Source: Gammaproteobacteria bacterium (GTDB taxonomy: Bacteria > Pseudomonadota > Gammaproteobacteria > GCA-001735895). From it: a DNA stretch of 64,000 nucleotides. Under the pieces are notes generated by a model. That model worked only from the letters and a program-made list of their open reading frames with translations. It did not search any database and was not told where the DNA came from. The stretch spans positions 64,401-128,400 of the forward strand of contig JALSKD010000177.1 in the NCBI GenBank assembly GCA_026989015.1. Reading direction: 5' to 3'. A program made the position numbers and the translations under genes. How positions within the stretch are numbered: the first letter of the stretch is position 1; every line of letters starts with the position of its first letter. This document shows positions 1 through 12,721 of this stretch, in pieces.

Positions 1-1
1 C

Positions 2-289
2 TGGCCCGATGCCGCCGGAGCACGCGCCGTGGCCCGTGACTGGGTGAATAAAAAACTCGCCGCCTGCGTCAACATTCTGCCCCCGATGCAGTCCATCTAT
101 CACTGGGATGGGGAACTGCAACAGGGTGAAGAGCATCAGATACTGATAAAGACCGATGACCGCCGCGCCGAAGCGCTGGAACAGGCCATCGCCACCGCCC
201 ACCCCTACGAGTGCCCGGAGATCATCCGTCTCGATATCGACGGCGGCTACGCGCCCTACTTGAACTGGATTACAGGTACCACCGCATGA
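2..289 (+). CDS. cutA: Divalent-cation tolerance protein CutA (5' end lies outside the window)
   Basis: The translation ...HPYECPEIIRLDIDGGYAPYLNW matches the CutA1 family. The frame stays open to position 2. Its stop TGA overlaps the dsbD ATG (ATGA). Confidence 0.8.
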   Translation, partial: WPDAAGARAVARDWVNKKLAACVNILPPMQSIYHWDGELQQGEEHQILIKTDDRRAEALEQAIATAHPYECPEIIRLDIDGGYAPYLNWITGTTA

Positions 290-2835
290 ATGTGATGACC
301 CGCCCCCTGACGCTGCTGCTGTGGCTCGCCCTTTCCCTGATCGCCCTGCCCTCACAGGCCCAGGAAGACGAATTGCTGCCGCCGGAGCAGGCCTTCAGTC
401 TCAGCGCACGCATGGACGGCGACCGCATCGTTGCCACCTACCGGATCGCGCCCGGTTATTACATGTACCGCAAACAGTTTGCCTTCGAGTCGGAGACCGA
501 CGGTGTCCAGCTCGCGGAACCTAAGATCCCCCCGGGCCACAAGAAAAAGGATGAATTCTTCGGTGAGGTGGAAACCTACCGCGATGCGGTCGAAATCACG
601 GTACCGGTCCGCTACAACGGACAGCCACCGGCCAGACTGCGCATCAAGGCCCGCGGTCAGGGCTGCGCCGACCTGGGCGTCTGCTATCCACCGCTGTTCC
701 AGACCCTGAACCTGACGCCCGGCAGCAACGCCACGGTGGCGGCCGAACCCTACCAGCGCCCGCAGGATATCCGCACACTCGCCGACGCCGACAAGCCGGC
801 CGGCGCAGACGGTGGCGATCCGCTGCAGGCACTGTTGTCTCTCCCCGTGGCCAGCGAAACCCCGAAGGAGGTCGCCACCAGGCAGCCGGAGCCAAAGCCT
901 GACGCCTCCAGCGACGCCCTGTCACTGCTGCAATCCTTCGGCGACGACATCGGACTCGACGACGAGGAAGAAATTCCTTCTCCCGACCAGGCCTACCGCA
1001 TCAGCGCCGCACTGGCTGACGACAACACCCTCACCGCCGACATCATCATCCGCGACAAGACCTACCTATACAAGGACAAATTCGGCGCCCAGCTGGCCGC
1101 CGGCTCCGGTGTTTCGGTAGGCCAGCCCGAGCTGCCCAAGGGCGACATCAAGAACGACGAATTCTTCGGTCGCATGGAGGTGTACCACAATGCGGTACAG
1201 TTCCCGATCCCCCTCAAACGCTCGCCCAATGCCAGTCCCGAATTCGCGGTGGCGCTCAATTACCAGGGCTGCGTCGAGGACAAGATCTGTTACCCGCCGA
1301 TGACCAAGTACCTGAAGGTCAACCTGGACAAGGGAACGGTGGACATCCTCGACGACAAGCCGGAAATCGCCGGCAGCGTCGGCGCGGACGATGCCGGCGG
1401 GGGCACACCTGCCACTGCAGACGCCAGCGAGACGGATACCGCTGCCGCCGGCGAGGGCGCAAGCACCGCCACCCTCGGCCAGAGCGAGCAGGACCGCTTC
1501 AACAGCATCCTCAGCCAGGGCAGCCTGTGGCTGATCGTATTCAGCTTCTTCGTGGCCGGAATCCTGCTGACCTTCACTCCCTGCGTGTTCCCGATGATTC
1601 CGATCCTCTCCGGCATCATCGCCGGCCAGGGCGACCGCATCACCACCCGCAAGGCCTTCGTGCTGTCGCTGGTCTATGTACTGGCGATGGCGGTGACCTA
1701 CGCCATCGCCGGCGCCATCGTCGGCTACTTCGGCGCCGAGTTCAACATCCAGGCCTGGTTCCAGGACCCGCTGATCCTGAGCCTGTTCGCCGCGCTGTTC
1801 GTGGCCCTGGCGCTGTCGATGTTCGGCTTCTACGAGCTGCAGATGCCCTCCTTCATCCAGAGCCGGGTGACCGAGATCAGCAACCGCCAGCAGGGCGGCG
1901 AACTGGTCGGCGTCGGCATCATGGGCAGCCTGTCGGCACTGATCGTCGGCCCCTGCATCACCGCGCCGCTGGTGGGCGCGCTAATCTTCATCTCGCAGAC
2001 CCAGGATTGGCTCACCGGCGGCATGGCCCTGTTCGCCCTCGGCCTCGGCATGGGCGTGCCGCTGATGGTGGTCGGCACCGCCGGCGGCAAGTTCCTGCCC
2101 AAGGCCGGCAGCTGGATGGATGCGGTCAAGGCCGTATTCGGCGTCGGCCTGCTGGCCATCGCCATCTGGATGCTGGAGCGCATTCTGCCGACCGAGGTCA
2201 CCATGCTGCTGATGGCCGCGCTGATCATCGTCTCCGCCATCTACATGGGGGCCATCGACAGCCTGCCGGAGGGCGCTTCCGGCTGGCGCAAACTGTGGAA
2301 GGGCCTGGGCTTCATACTGCTGCTCTACGGCGCCTTCTATCTGTATGGCGTTGCCGCCGGCAGCAAGGACCTGATCCAGCCGCTGAAGGGGCTGAACAAG
2401 GGCGCCACGGTGATCCAGCCCGTGCCCGGTGGCACCGCCTCAGCTACCCAGCCCAGGGCCGACCACATCGTGTTCCAGCGCATCAAGGGCATCGACGGTC
2501 TGGAGAAGGCGCTGGCCACGGCCCGCGCCAACAAGCAGCCGGTGATGCTCGATTTCTACGCCGACTGGTGCATTTCCTGCAAGGAGATGGAAAAGTACGC
2601 ATTCACCCATCCGCGGGTTCTGCAGGCGCTCGACGGGTTCATGACGATCCAGGCCGATGTCACGCCCAACGACAAGACCGACAAGGCGCTGATGAAGTCC
2701 CTCGGCATCTTCGGGCCGCCGGCGATCCTGTTCTTCGACCGCAACGGCAAGGAGATCCCGGGCAGCCGGGTGGTGGGCGCCATGAGCGGCGAGGAATTCG
2801 CCGAGCACATCATCAAGTGGACCCAGGACCTTTGA
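286..2835 (+). CDS. dsbD: Thiol:disulfide interchange protein DsbD, with a tandemly duplicated N-terminal alpha domain
   Basis: Signal peptide MNVMTRPLTLLLWLALSLIALPSQA. Two periplasmic alpha-like domains, each carrying QGC-x5-CYPP. An 8-TM core with the TPCVFPMIP motif. A C-terminal thioredoxin-like domain with WCISC. It lies directly downstream of cutA, as in E. coli. Confidence 0.9.
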   Translation: MNVMTRPLTLLLWLALSLIALPSQAQEDELLPPEQAFSLSARMDGDRIVATYRIAPGYYMYRKQFAFESETDGVQLAEPKIPPGHKKKDEFFGEVETYRDAVEITVPVRYNGQPPARLRIKARGQGCADLGVCYPPLFQTLNLTPGSNATVAAEPYQRPQDIRTLADADKPAGADGGDPLQALLSLPVASETPKEVATRQPEPKPDASSDALSLLQSFGDDIGLDDEEEIPSPDQAYRISAALADDNTLTADIIIRDKTYLYKDKFGAQLAAGSGVSVGQPELPKGDIKNDEFFGRMEVYHNAVQFPIPLKRSPNASPEFAVALNYQGCVEDKICYPPMTKYLKVNLDKGTVDILDDKPEIAGSVGADDAGGGTPATADASETDTAAAGEGASTATLGQSEQDRFNSILSQGSLWLIVFSFFVAGILLTFTPCVFPMIPILSGIIAGQGDRITTRKAFVLSLVYVLAMAVTYAIAGAIVGYFGAEFNIQAWFQDPLILSLFAALFVALALSMFGFYELQMPSFIQSRVTEISNRQQGGELVGVGIMGSLSALIVGPCITAPLVGALIFISQTQDWLTGGMALFALGLGMGVPLMVVGTAGGKFLPKAGSWMDAVKAVFGVGLLAIAIWMLERILPTEVTMLLMAALIIVSAIYMGAIDSLPEGASGWRKLWKGLGFILLLYGAFYLYGVAAGSKDLIQPLKGLNKGATVIQPVPGGTASATQPRADHIVFQRIKGIDGLEKALATARANKQPVMLDFYADWCISCKEMEKYAFTHPRVLQALDGFMTIQADVTPNDKTDKALMKSLGIFGPPAILFFDRNGKEIPGSRVVGAMSGEEFAEHIIKWTQDL

Positions 2836-2943
2836 GCCAACTTTGCACTGATCTGGCGAGAACCTGCGGAAAACTGGACACGATCATGCGCCCATGTGAG
2901 AATTGCGCAACTTTCTGAACCGACCCGGCGCTGCCTGCCCATC

Positions 2944-3399
2944 ATGCCCGACATCCTGGTCATCCACGGCCCCAACCTGAACCTGCTGGGACAGCGCGAA
3001 CCCGGCCATTACGGGGCCGACACGCTGCAGGACATCGAAGCCGAGATGGCCGAACTTGCGCGCGGTCACGGCGTCGGCCTGAGCAGCTTCCAGTCCAATC
3101 ACGAAGGCGAGATCGTCGACCGCATCCACCAGACACTGCGCGACGGCGTGGATTTCATCATCATCAATCCCGGCGCCTACACCCATACCAGCATCGCCAT
3201 TCGCGATGCCTTCCTCGCCTGCCGCAAGCCCTTCATCGAGGTACACCTGTCGAATGTGCATGCGCGCGAGGAATTCCGCCGACACTCCTATCTGTCGGAC
3301 ATCGCCGTTGGCGTGATCAGCGGGCTCGGCAAGGACAGCTATCTGCTGGCCCTGCATGCCGCGATCATTCGTACCCAGCATTCCGAAACCCCACGATAA
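2944..3399 (+). CDS. aroQ: 3-dehydroquinate dehydratase type II
   Basis: [24 protein letters not shown]...[12 protein letters not shown] is the type II DHQase signature. ATG at 2944 (the ORF begins upstream at a GTG). Confidence 0.9.
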   Translation: MPDILVIHGPNLNLLGQREPGHYGADTLQDIEAEMAELARGHGVGLSSFQSNHEGEIVDRIHQTLRDGVDFIIINPGAYTHTSIAIRDAFLACRKPFIEVHLSNVHAREEFRRHSYLSDIAVGVISGLGKDSYLLALHAAIIRTQHSETPR

Positions 3400-3410
3400 A
3401 CGAGATCACC

Positions 3411-3881
3411 ATGGATATTCGCAAAATCAAGAAACTCATCGAACTGCTGGAGGAGTCCGGCATCTCCGAACTGGAGATCAGGGAAGGCGAGGAATCCGTG
3501 CGCATCAGCCGACAGACCGCCTCTGCCGCGCCGGTTACGGTGGCAGCGGCTCCGGCTCCGGCCCCGGCTCCGGCCGCCACCGCGGCTCCGGCCCCGGCGG
3601 CTACCGAAAGTACCCCCGCTGCTGACAGTGCCCCCGAGGAAGCCAGCGGGCACAAGATCCGCTCGCCGATGGTCGGCACCTTCTACGCCGCGCCCTCGCC
3701 CACCGCCGGCCCCTTCGTCACCGTCGGCCAGCGCGTCAACACCGGCGATACCCTGTGCATCATCGAGGCCATGAAGATGATGAACCAGATCGAGGCCGAT
3801 GTCTCCGGCGTGGTCAAGCAGATCCTCGTCGAGAACGGCCAGCCGGTCGAATTCGACCAGGTCCTGTTCATCATCGAATAA
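3411..3881 (+). CDS. accB: Acetyl-CoA carboxylase biotin carboxyl carrier protein
   Basis: Ala/Pro-rich linker followed by the biotinyl-lysine motif [12 protein letters not shown]. aroQ-accB-accC order is conserved. Confidence 0.9.
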   Translation: MDIRKIKKLIELLEESGISELEIREGEESVRISRQTASAAPVTVAAAPAPAPAPAATAAPAPAATESTPAADSAPEEASGHKIRSPMVGTFYAAPSPTAGPFVTVGQRVNTGDTLCIIEAMKMMNQIEADVSGVVKQILVENGQPVEFDQVLFIIE

Positions 3882-3893
3882 CCGGTAACCCTC

Positions 3894-5237
<1,344 letters not shown>

Positions 5238-5250
5238 CTGCGGCCACGCC

Positions 5251-6132
5251 ATGCCCTGGTGGAACCTGAGCCTGCACTGTGGGCGTGACCTGCTCGAGGC
5301 AACCGAGGCACTGCTGCTGGAACTCGGCGCCCAGGCCATCGACATCCGCGACGCGGGCGATGAACCGCTGTTTGAGCCACTGCCCGGACAGCAACCGCTG
5401 TGGTCCGAATCCGTCATCACCGGGCTGTTCGATCACGGCACCGACCTCGAGGCCCTGCAGGACCGCCTGGCCCGTCAGCTGCCGGCGAAGCAGTTCGCCA
5501 GTCTGCAGGTCCGTGAACTGGCCGACCAGGTCTGGGAGCGCGCCCATCTGCAGCATTACCACCCGCTGCGCTTCGGCAAGAAGCTGTGGATCGTGCCCAG
5601 CTGGCACCGGCCGCCGGACCCGGATGCCTGCAACATCCTGCTCGATCCAGGTGTCGCCTTCGGTACCGGCAGCCATCCGACCACCGCGCTGTGCCTCGAA
5701 TACCTCGATGCCCATCCGCCTCAGGGACAGGCGGTCATCGACTACGGCTGCGGCTCCGGCATACTTGCCATTGCCGCTCACCGGCTCGGCGCCACTTCGA
5801 TCACCGCCATCGACATCGATCCACAGGCACTGGAGGCCACCCGCCAGAATGCCGAGCGCAACGGCATCGACTCCGACCGTTGGCGGATCAGTCTGCCCGA
5901 TGCCGACCTGCCGCCCGCCGACTGGCTGATCGCCAATATTCTTTCCGGTCCGCTGGTGGAACTGGAAGAACGCTTCCACCAGCTGGTGCGTCCCGGCGGC
6001 CGGCTGTTGCTGTCCGGTATCCTGCCGCAGCAGGCAGAAGCCGTGGTGTCCGCCTATGCTCCGCATTTCGATCTGGATGCTGTTACAATCGACCGCGACT
6101 GGTGCCGCATCAGCGGCCGCCGCAAGCCCTGA
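5251..6132 (+). CDS. prmA: Ribosomal protein L11 methyltransferase
   Basis: Begins MPWWNLSL and carries the SAM-binding motif VIDYGCGSGILAIAA. Position after accC is conserved. Confidence 0.9.
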   Translation: MPWWNLSLHCGRDLLEATEALLLELGAQAIDIRDAGDEPLFEPLPGQQPLWSESVITGLFDHGTDLEALQDRLARQLPAKQFASLQVRELADQVWERAHLQHYHPLRFGKKLWIVPSWHRPPDPDACNILLDPGVAFGTGSHPTTALCLEYLDAHPPQGQAVIDYGCGSGILAIAAHRLGATSITAIDIDPQALEATRQNAERNGIDSDRWRISLPDADLPPADWLIANILSGPLVELEERFHQLVRPGGRLLLSGILPQQAEAVVSAYAPHFDLDAVTIDRDWCRISGRRKP

Positions 6133-6149
6133 CAGCCCACACGCACCGC

Positions 6150-6983
6150 ATGAATACCCATATCCATCTCGACGAGGACATGCAGACCACCTGCCTGTTC
6201 TGCAGCAGCGTCTTCCGCATCACCCAGCAGCAGCTCGACCAGGCCCACGGCAAGGTGCGCTGCGGCATCTGCGGCGAGGCCTTCAATGCCCTGCTGACCC
6301 TCGAAAGCTACTCCGGAGAACCGGTGCATCCGCTGACCGCATCATCCACCACCGGTGAACCGAACGAAACCGACGGCAAGACCGGCAGCGAAGGCAGCGC
6401 GTCCCTGCCACCAGAGGAGCCGGAAACCGCTTCCTTGCCGGCAGAAGAGCCGGCACCCGAACCGCGGCCAGTCTCCCTGCAGGACGCCATGTACGGCGCA
6501 GCCGCTGAACGCGTCAGCAACCGTCAATGGCTGTGGGGGCTGGGCATCGCGCTGTTGCTGGCTCTGCTGGTGGTACAGACGGTCTATTACCTGCGCTACC
6601 GGCTGATCGCCAACCCCGACTACCAGCAGCAGGTACTCGGCCTGTGTCGCCTGCTGCCCTGTGATCCGGATCGCTTCCACAGCCCGCAGCAGGTGCGCCT
6701 TACGGAACGCAATGTCTTCACCCATCCGACACGAAAGCAGGCGCTGATGATCAGCGGGCGCTTCGTCAACCAGGCGCCCTTCCCGCAGACACCGCCGCGC
6801 CTGCGCATCAGCCTCTCCGACCTGCAGGGCAACCTCGTCGCCAACCGACTGTTCGAACCCCGGGAATACCTGGCCGATCCTTCTTTGAAACGCCTGCAGC
6901 CGGGCCAGCCGGTGCCGTTCCGGCTGGAGATCCATGATCCCGACGAAAAGGCGCTGACCTACGAGTTCGATTTCGTCTCATGA
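6150..6983 (+). CDS. Zinc-ribbon (MJ0042-type) plus DUF3426-like membrane-anchored protein
   Basis: N-terminal CxxC...CxxC (TCLFCSSVF...RCGICGEAF), then a Pro/Glu-rich linker and a TM helix. It occupies the slot between prmA and dusB, as in Pseudomonas. The ATG at 6150 was chosen over the longer ORF that starts at 5586. Confidence 0.65.
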   Translation: MNTHIHLDEDMQTTCLFCSSVFRITQQQLDQAHGKVRCGICGEAFNALLTLESYSGEPVHPLTASSTTGEPNETDGKTGSEGSASLPPEEPETASLPAEEPAPEPRPVSLQDAMYGAAAERVSNRQWLWGLGIALLLALLVVQTVYYLRYRLIANPDYQQQVLGLCRLLPCDPDRFHSPQQVRLTERNVFTHPTRKQALMISGRFVNQAPFPQTPPRLRISLSDLQGNLVANRLFEPREYLADPSLKRLQPGQPVPFRLEIHDPDEKALTYEFDFVS

Positions 6984-7975
6984 GCCTGACCATCGGCCCC
7001 TACCGCTTCGAGGCGCCACTGGCATTAGCGCCGATGGCCGGCGTCACCGATCGCCCCTTCCGACAGCTGTGCCGAGGTTTCGGCGCGGCGATGACGGTTT
7101 CGGAAATGGTGTCCAGCAAGCCGGAACTGCAGCATACCCGCAAATCGCGCCTGCGCCGCGACCATCGGGGTGAACCGCAACCGGTGATCGTGCAGATCGC
7201 CGGCGCCGACCCGCAGATGATGGCCGAGGCGGCCCGCTTCAATGTGGACCAGGGCGCGCAGATCATCGACATCAACATGGGCTGCCCGGCCAAGAAGGTC
7301 TGCCGGGTCGCGGCCGGCTCGGCGCTGCTGCGCGACGAAATCCGGGTCGGCCACATCCTGTCGGCGGTGGTCGAGGCGGTGCCGGTGCCGGTCACGCTGA
7401 AGACCCGCACCGGCTGGTCCCGCCAGCAGCGCAATCTGCCGCGCATTGCGCGCATCGCCGAGGATTGCGGCATCGCCGCGCTGACCGTCCACGGCCGCAC
7501 CCGGGAAGACCGCTACGAGGGCGAGGCCGAGTACGAGACCATCCGCGCGCTGCGCAACGGCCTGGGCATCCCGTTGATCGCCAACGGCGATATCGACTCG
7601 CCAAAAAAGGCACGGGCGGTCATGGACTTCACCGGCGCGGATGCTATCATGATCGGGCGGGCCGCCCAGCAGCGACCGTGGATCTTCCGTCAGATCCGCC
7701 ACTATCTGCTGACCGGCGAGGTGCTGCCCGAGCCCGGCCTTGAACAACGCAGGGCCTGGCTCATGCAGCATCTGCGGAATCTCTACGATTTCTATGGCGA
7801 GCTCCAGGGCTTGCGCATCGCCCGCAAACACATTGCCTGGCAGCTCGGTCGGGAATCGGCCTACCGCGACTACAAGATGCCGATCATGACCGCCGCTACT
7901 GCCAGCGAACAAATGGGGCTGATCCACAGCTTGTTCGAGCGACTCGACGACACCCGGCTGGCCCGAGCCAGCTGA
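6980..7975 (+). CDS. dusB: tRNA-dihydrouridine synthase B
   Basis: LAPMAGVTDRPFRQLCR...IDINMGCP are Dus family motifs. It lies upstream of fis. Confidence 0.9.
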   Translation: MSLTIGPYRFEAPLALAPMAGVTDRPFRQLCRGFGAAMTVSEMVSSKPELQHTRKSRLRRDHRGEPQPVIVQIAGADPQMMAEAARFNVDQGAQIIDINMGCPAKKVCRVAAGSALLRDEIRVGHILSAVVEAVPVPVTLKTRTGWSRQQRNLPRIARIAEDCGIAALTVHGRTREDRYEGEAEYETIRALRNGLGIPLIANGDIDSPKKARAVMDFTGADAIMIGRAAQQRPWIFRQIRHYLLTGEVLPEPGLEQRRAWLMQHLRNLYDFYGELQGLRIARKHIAWQLGRESAYRDYKMPIMTAATASEQMGLIHSLFERLDDTRLARAS

Positions 7976-8030
7976 CACGACGGGCGCTCCAGCCCCGATC
8001 CATGCACTGACCAGGATTCGGGATACCGCA

Positions 8031-8273
8031 TTGAACAACAAACCGCAGACGCTAGAGCAGTCCGTCGTCGCCGCCCTGACCCGGTATCTCGACGACCTCG
8101 ACGGAGAAGCACCCAGCAACCTCTACGACACCATCATGTCGGAAATCGAAAAACCGCTGCTGGCCACCGTGCTGCAGCATTGCGACCACAACCAGTCGCG
8201 CGCCGCCAGCTACCTGGGCATCAACCGCGGCACCCTGCGCAAGAAGCTGCGTCAGTACCGCATCACCAACTGA
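8031..8273 (+). CDS. fis: DNA-binding protein Fis
   Basis: C-terminal HTH LGINRGTLRKKLRQY. Follows dusB. The start appears to be TTG at 8031, so the start is uncertain. Confidence 0.8.
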   Translation: MNNKPQTLEQSVVAALTRYLDDLDGEAPSNLYDTIMSEIEKPLLATVLQHCDHNQSRAASYLGINRGTLRKKLRQYRITN

Positions 8274-8342
8274 CCGTCGCGGCTACCGCCCCGGCAGGTG
8301 AACGACTATAATGCGCGCACTTTTTTCACCGGATTGCGCATC

Positions 8343-9911
<1,569 letters not shown>

Positions 9912-9924
9912 TCCGGAGCCGCAC

Positions 9925-11199
9925 ATGAAGATACTCGTCATTGGCGGCGGTGGCCGCGAACATGCCTTGGCCTGGAAGGCCGCCCAGTCACCTCTGGCCG
10001 ATCAGGTCTTCGTCGCCCCCGGCAATGCCGGCACCGCACTGGAGCCAAAGCTGACCAATGTGGACATAGCCGCCGAGGACCTCGACGCCCTGCTCGATTT
10101 CGCCCGTGGCGAGGGCATCGACCTGACCATCGTCGGCCCCGAAGCGCCGCTGGTGGCCGGCGTGGTGGACCGCTTCGAGGAAGCCGGACTGAAGATCTTC
10201 GGTCCCAGCGCCCGCGCCGCGCAGCTCGAAGGTTCCAAGACCTTCACCAAGGATTTTCTCGCCCGCCACGGCATACCCACCGCGGCCTATGCCAGCTTCA
10301 CCGAAATCGAACCGGCACTGGACTTTATTCGTGAGCGGGGCGCGCCGATCGTGATCAAGGCCGACGGCCTGGCCGCCGGCAAGGGCGTGATCCTCGCCGA
10401 CAGTGAACAGCAGGCCGAAGCCGCCGTGCGCGACATGCTCGCCGGCAACGCCTTCGGCGATGCCGGACACCGGGTGGTGATCGAGGAATTCCTGCAGGGC
10501 GAGGAAGCCAGCTACATCTGCATGGTCGATGGCGAGCACATCCTGCCGATGGCCACCTCGCAGGATCACAAGGCCCGCGACGAAGGCGACCGCGGCCCCA
10601 ACACCGGCGGCATGGGCGCCTATTCTCCGGCTCCGGTGGTCAGCGACGAGATCGCCGAACGGGTGATGAACGAAGTCATCCGTCCTACCGTCGAGGGCAT
10701 GGCCGCCGAAGGCGCCCGTTATGTCGGCTTTCTCTATGCCGGCCTGATGATCGATGCCGAAGGCACGCCAAAGGTGCTGGAATACAACTGCCGTTTCGGC
10801 GACCCGGAGACCCAGCCGATCATGATGCGCCTGCAATCCGATCTGGTGGCTCACTGCCTGGCGGCACTGGAAGGCCGGCTGGACCAGGAGCTGGCGGAAT
10901 GGGATGCCCGCGCCTCACTGGGCGTGGTGATGGCGGCCAGGGGCTACCCCGACCACTACGACAAGGGGGAGGTGATCCGCAACATCCCCGAGGAAACGCC
11001 GACCCGCAAGGTTTTCCACGCCGGCACGGCGCTGAATGACGCGGGCGAAGTGGTCAGCAACGGTGGCCGCGTGTTGTGCGCGGTCGCACTCGGCAAGGAC
11101 ATCCGCGAGGCCCAGCAGGGTGCTTACGAACTGGTCGATGCCATCGACTGGCCCGGCGCCTACTGCCGCCGCGACATCGGCTTCAAGGCCATCCGCTGA
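9925..11199 (+). CDS. purD: Phosphoribosylamine-glycine ligase
   Basis: [19 protein letters not shown] followed by an ATP-grasp domain. Follows purH. Confidence 0.95.
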   Translation: MKILVIGGGGREHALAWKAAQSPLADQVFVAPGNAGTALEPKLTNVDIAAEDLDALLDFARGEGIDLTIVGPEAPLVAGVVDRFEEAGLKIFGPSARAAQLEGSKTFTKDFLARHGIPTAAYASFTEIEPALDFIRERGAPIVIKADGLAAGKGVILADSEQQAEAAVRDMLAGNAFGDAGHRVVIEEFLQGEEASYICMVDGEHILPMATSQDHKARDEGDRGPNTGGMGAYSPAPVVSDEIAERVMNEVIRPTVEGMAAEGARYVGFLYAGLMIDAEGTPKVLEYNCRFGDPETQPIMMRLQSDLVAHCLAALEGRLDQELAEWDARASLGVVMAARGYPDHYDKGEVIRNIPEETPTRKVFHAGTALNDAGEVVSNGGRVLCAVALGKDIREAQQGAYELVDAIDWPGAYCRRDIGFKAIR

Positions 11200-11363
11200 G
11201 CCTGAAACCGGGCCCCGCGGCCGACCGTTCGTCGGAAATCCTCCCGCCGTCCAACAGCGGCTTGGCGCACTCTGCTGACAGATCACTGGAACTGGGCGCG
11301 CCAAGCCCTTGATTCCACTTACCACCATATCCAGTGTAATCACCCCGTCCCAACCACCAGATG

Positions 11364-11393
11364 TTGTGGTAAGGCCCCTGCCGCGCCTATAAT
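11364..11393 (+). promoter_or_regulatory. Sigma70-like promoter (TTGTGG, 18 bp, TATAAT) for the small ORF at 11423
   Basis: Perfect -10 TATAAT at 11388-11393 and a -35-like TTGTGG at 11364-11369. A GGAGA Shine-Dalgarno sits 6 nt before the ATG. Confidence 0.35.
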
Positions 11394-11422
11394 TCCAGCG
11401 CCGCCACCACTGGAGATTCCGC

Positions 11423-11626
11423 ATGCGATGCCCTCACTGCCTGTCGCTGATGGAACAATACCGCAGCGATGCCACCGACAAGAGCCGGGTCAGCTTCTAC
11501 CGCTGCACGCTGTGCCGCAAGGAGCATGTCAGCAGCGAAACCCTGACCGTTCATCACCTTGTCGGCCGTTCCCGCGACGGCGCAAATTTTTCGCCAACGC
11601 TTTCACACATTTCCGCGATCTCCTGA
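11423..11626 (+). CDS. Small zinc-ribbon protein (CPHC...CTLC), 67 aa, function unknown
   Basis: Good Shine-Dalgarno (GGAGA), a preceding TATAAT, and two CxxC pairs spaced about 17 aa apart. Confidence 0.4.
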   Translation: MRCPHCLSLMEQYRSDATDKSRVSFYRCTLCRKEHVSSETLTVHHLVGRSRDGANFSPTLSHISAIS

Positions 11627-11669
11627 CCTAGACTCCTCTCCGTCATCGAATGAGCCGACGGGAGGCGAC

Positions 11670-11804
11670 ATGAAACACGACGGATTCAGGGATCAGCATC
11701 ACAACCGGTCACGCCGGCTTCAGCCGTTGGAATGGCTGCTCTACCTGCCCGGCGCGTTCATCATCGCCTATGGCCTGTGGCTTTCGGTCACCGTTACTGG
11801 TTGA
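11670..11804 (+). CDS. Small single-TM membrane peptide, 44 aa
   Basis: GGAGG Shine-Dalgarno 4 nt upstream. A hydrophobic segment LEWLLYLPGAFIIAYGLWLSV. A strong terminator follows immediately. Confidence 0.3.
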   Translation: MKHDGFRDQHHNRSRRLQPLEWLLYLPGAFIIAYGLWLSVTVTG

Positions 11805-11844
11805 CGGTCATGCCCTGAACGACTTTTTTACCCTCTTTGACTTG

Positions 11845-11870
11845 CCGGATCGATCGATCCGGTTTTTTTT
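11845..11870 (+). terminator. Rho-independent terminator (CCGGATCGATCGATCCGG followed by T8)
   Basis: An 18-bp perfect palindrome followed by eight T. Confidence 0.6.
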
Positions 11871-11950
11871 GGGCGGCGCCCGGGACGCACCGATTGCCTG
11901 CACAGACCGGGCACACTACCATGGTCCGATCCCGACCGAGGGTTCCCGCC

Positions 11951-12712
11951 ATGCCCGAACGCAATGTACTCGTTACCGGTGCCGCCAGCGGCCTGGGCCT
12001 CGCCATCGCCGAGGCCTTCGCCGAACAAGGCGGCTACCGGCTGCTGCTGACCGATCTCGAGGACAGCTCCCTGCCCCAGGTGGCCAAACGCCTTGATGCC
12101 ACCTGGCATGCGGCGGATCTTTCACGGCCGGATGACTGCGATCGCCTGATCGATGCGGCACTGGAGCAACTCGGTACGATCGATATCCTGATCAACAACG
12201 CCGGTCTGCAGCGTGTGTCACCGATCGAATCCCTCGACGATGCCGACTGGGATCGCCTGATCGCGGTGATGCTCAGCGCGCCCTTTCGGCTGACCCGCGG
12301 AGTCTGGCCCTCGATGAAGACCCGCGGCTGGGGTCGAATCATCAACATGGCATCGATTCACGCGCTAGTCGCATCACCACACAAGGCAGCCTATGTCGCG
12401 GCCAAGCACGGATTGCTGGGGCTGACCCGCACGGCCGCGCTGGAAGGCGGCGAACACGGCATTACCGTGAACGCGCTGTGTCCGGCCTATGTGCGCACGC
12501 CGCTGGTGGAGAACCAGATCGCCGACCAGGCGCGGATCCAGGGCCTGCCCGAAGAGGAGGTGGTGGAGCGGATCATGCTGGCGCCTTCGGCGGTCAGGCG
12601 CCTGATCGAACCGAAGGAGGTGGCGGCGCTGGCGCTTTACCTGTGCAGCGATGCCGCCGCCTCCATATCGGGCGCGGCGCTGCCCATCGACGGTGCCTGG
12701 ACCGCTCGCTGA
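11951..12712 (+). CDS. SDR-family oxidoreductase (3-hydroxybutyrate dehydrogenase-like)
   Basis: VLVTGAASGLGLAIA (TGxxxGxG) with a catalytic YxxxK motif (YVAAKHG). Confidence 0.85.
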   Translation: MPERNVLVTGAASGLGLAIAEAFAEQGGYRLLLTDLEDSSLPQVAKRLDATWHAADLSRPDDCDRLIDAALEQLGTIDILINNAGLQRVSPIESLDDADWDRLIAVMLSAPFRLTRGVWPSMKTRGWGRIINMASIHALVASPHKAAYVAAKHGLLGLTRTAALEGGEHGITVNALCPAYVRTPLVENQIADQARIQGLPEEEVVERIMLAPSAVRRLIEPKEVAALALYLCSDAAASISGAALPIDGAWTAR

Positions 12713-12721
12713 ACACACGCG

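Noticed and set aside
5586-6983. 465-aa extended ORF upstream of the DUF3426 gene
   Set aside because: The N-terminal 188 aa overlap prmA in another frame and are Arg/Pro-rich. The conserved zinc-ribbon protein begins at the ATG at 6150.
11309-11337. Second promoter (TTGATT at 11309) upstream of the small-ORF cassette
   Set aside because: No acceptable -10 hexamer at 16-18 bp spacing. Only the TTGTGG/TATAAT pair is convincing.
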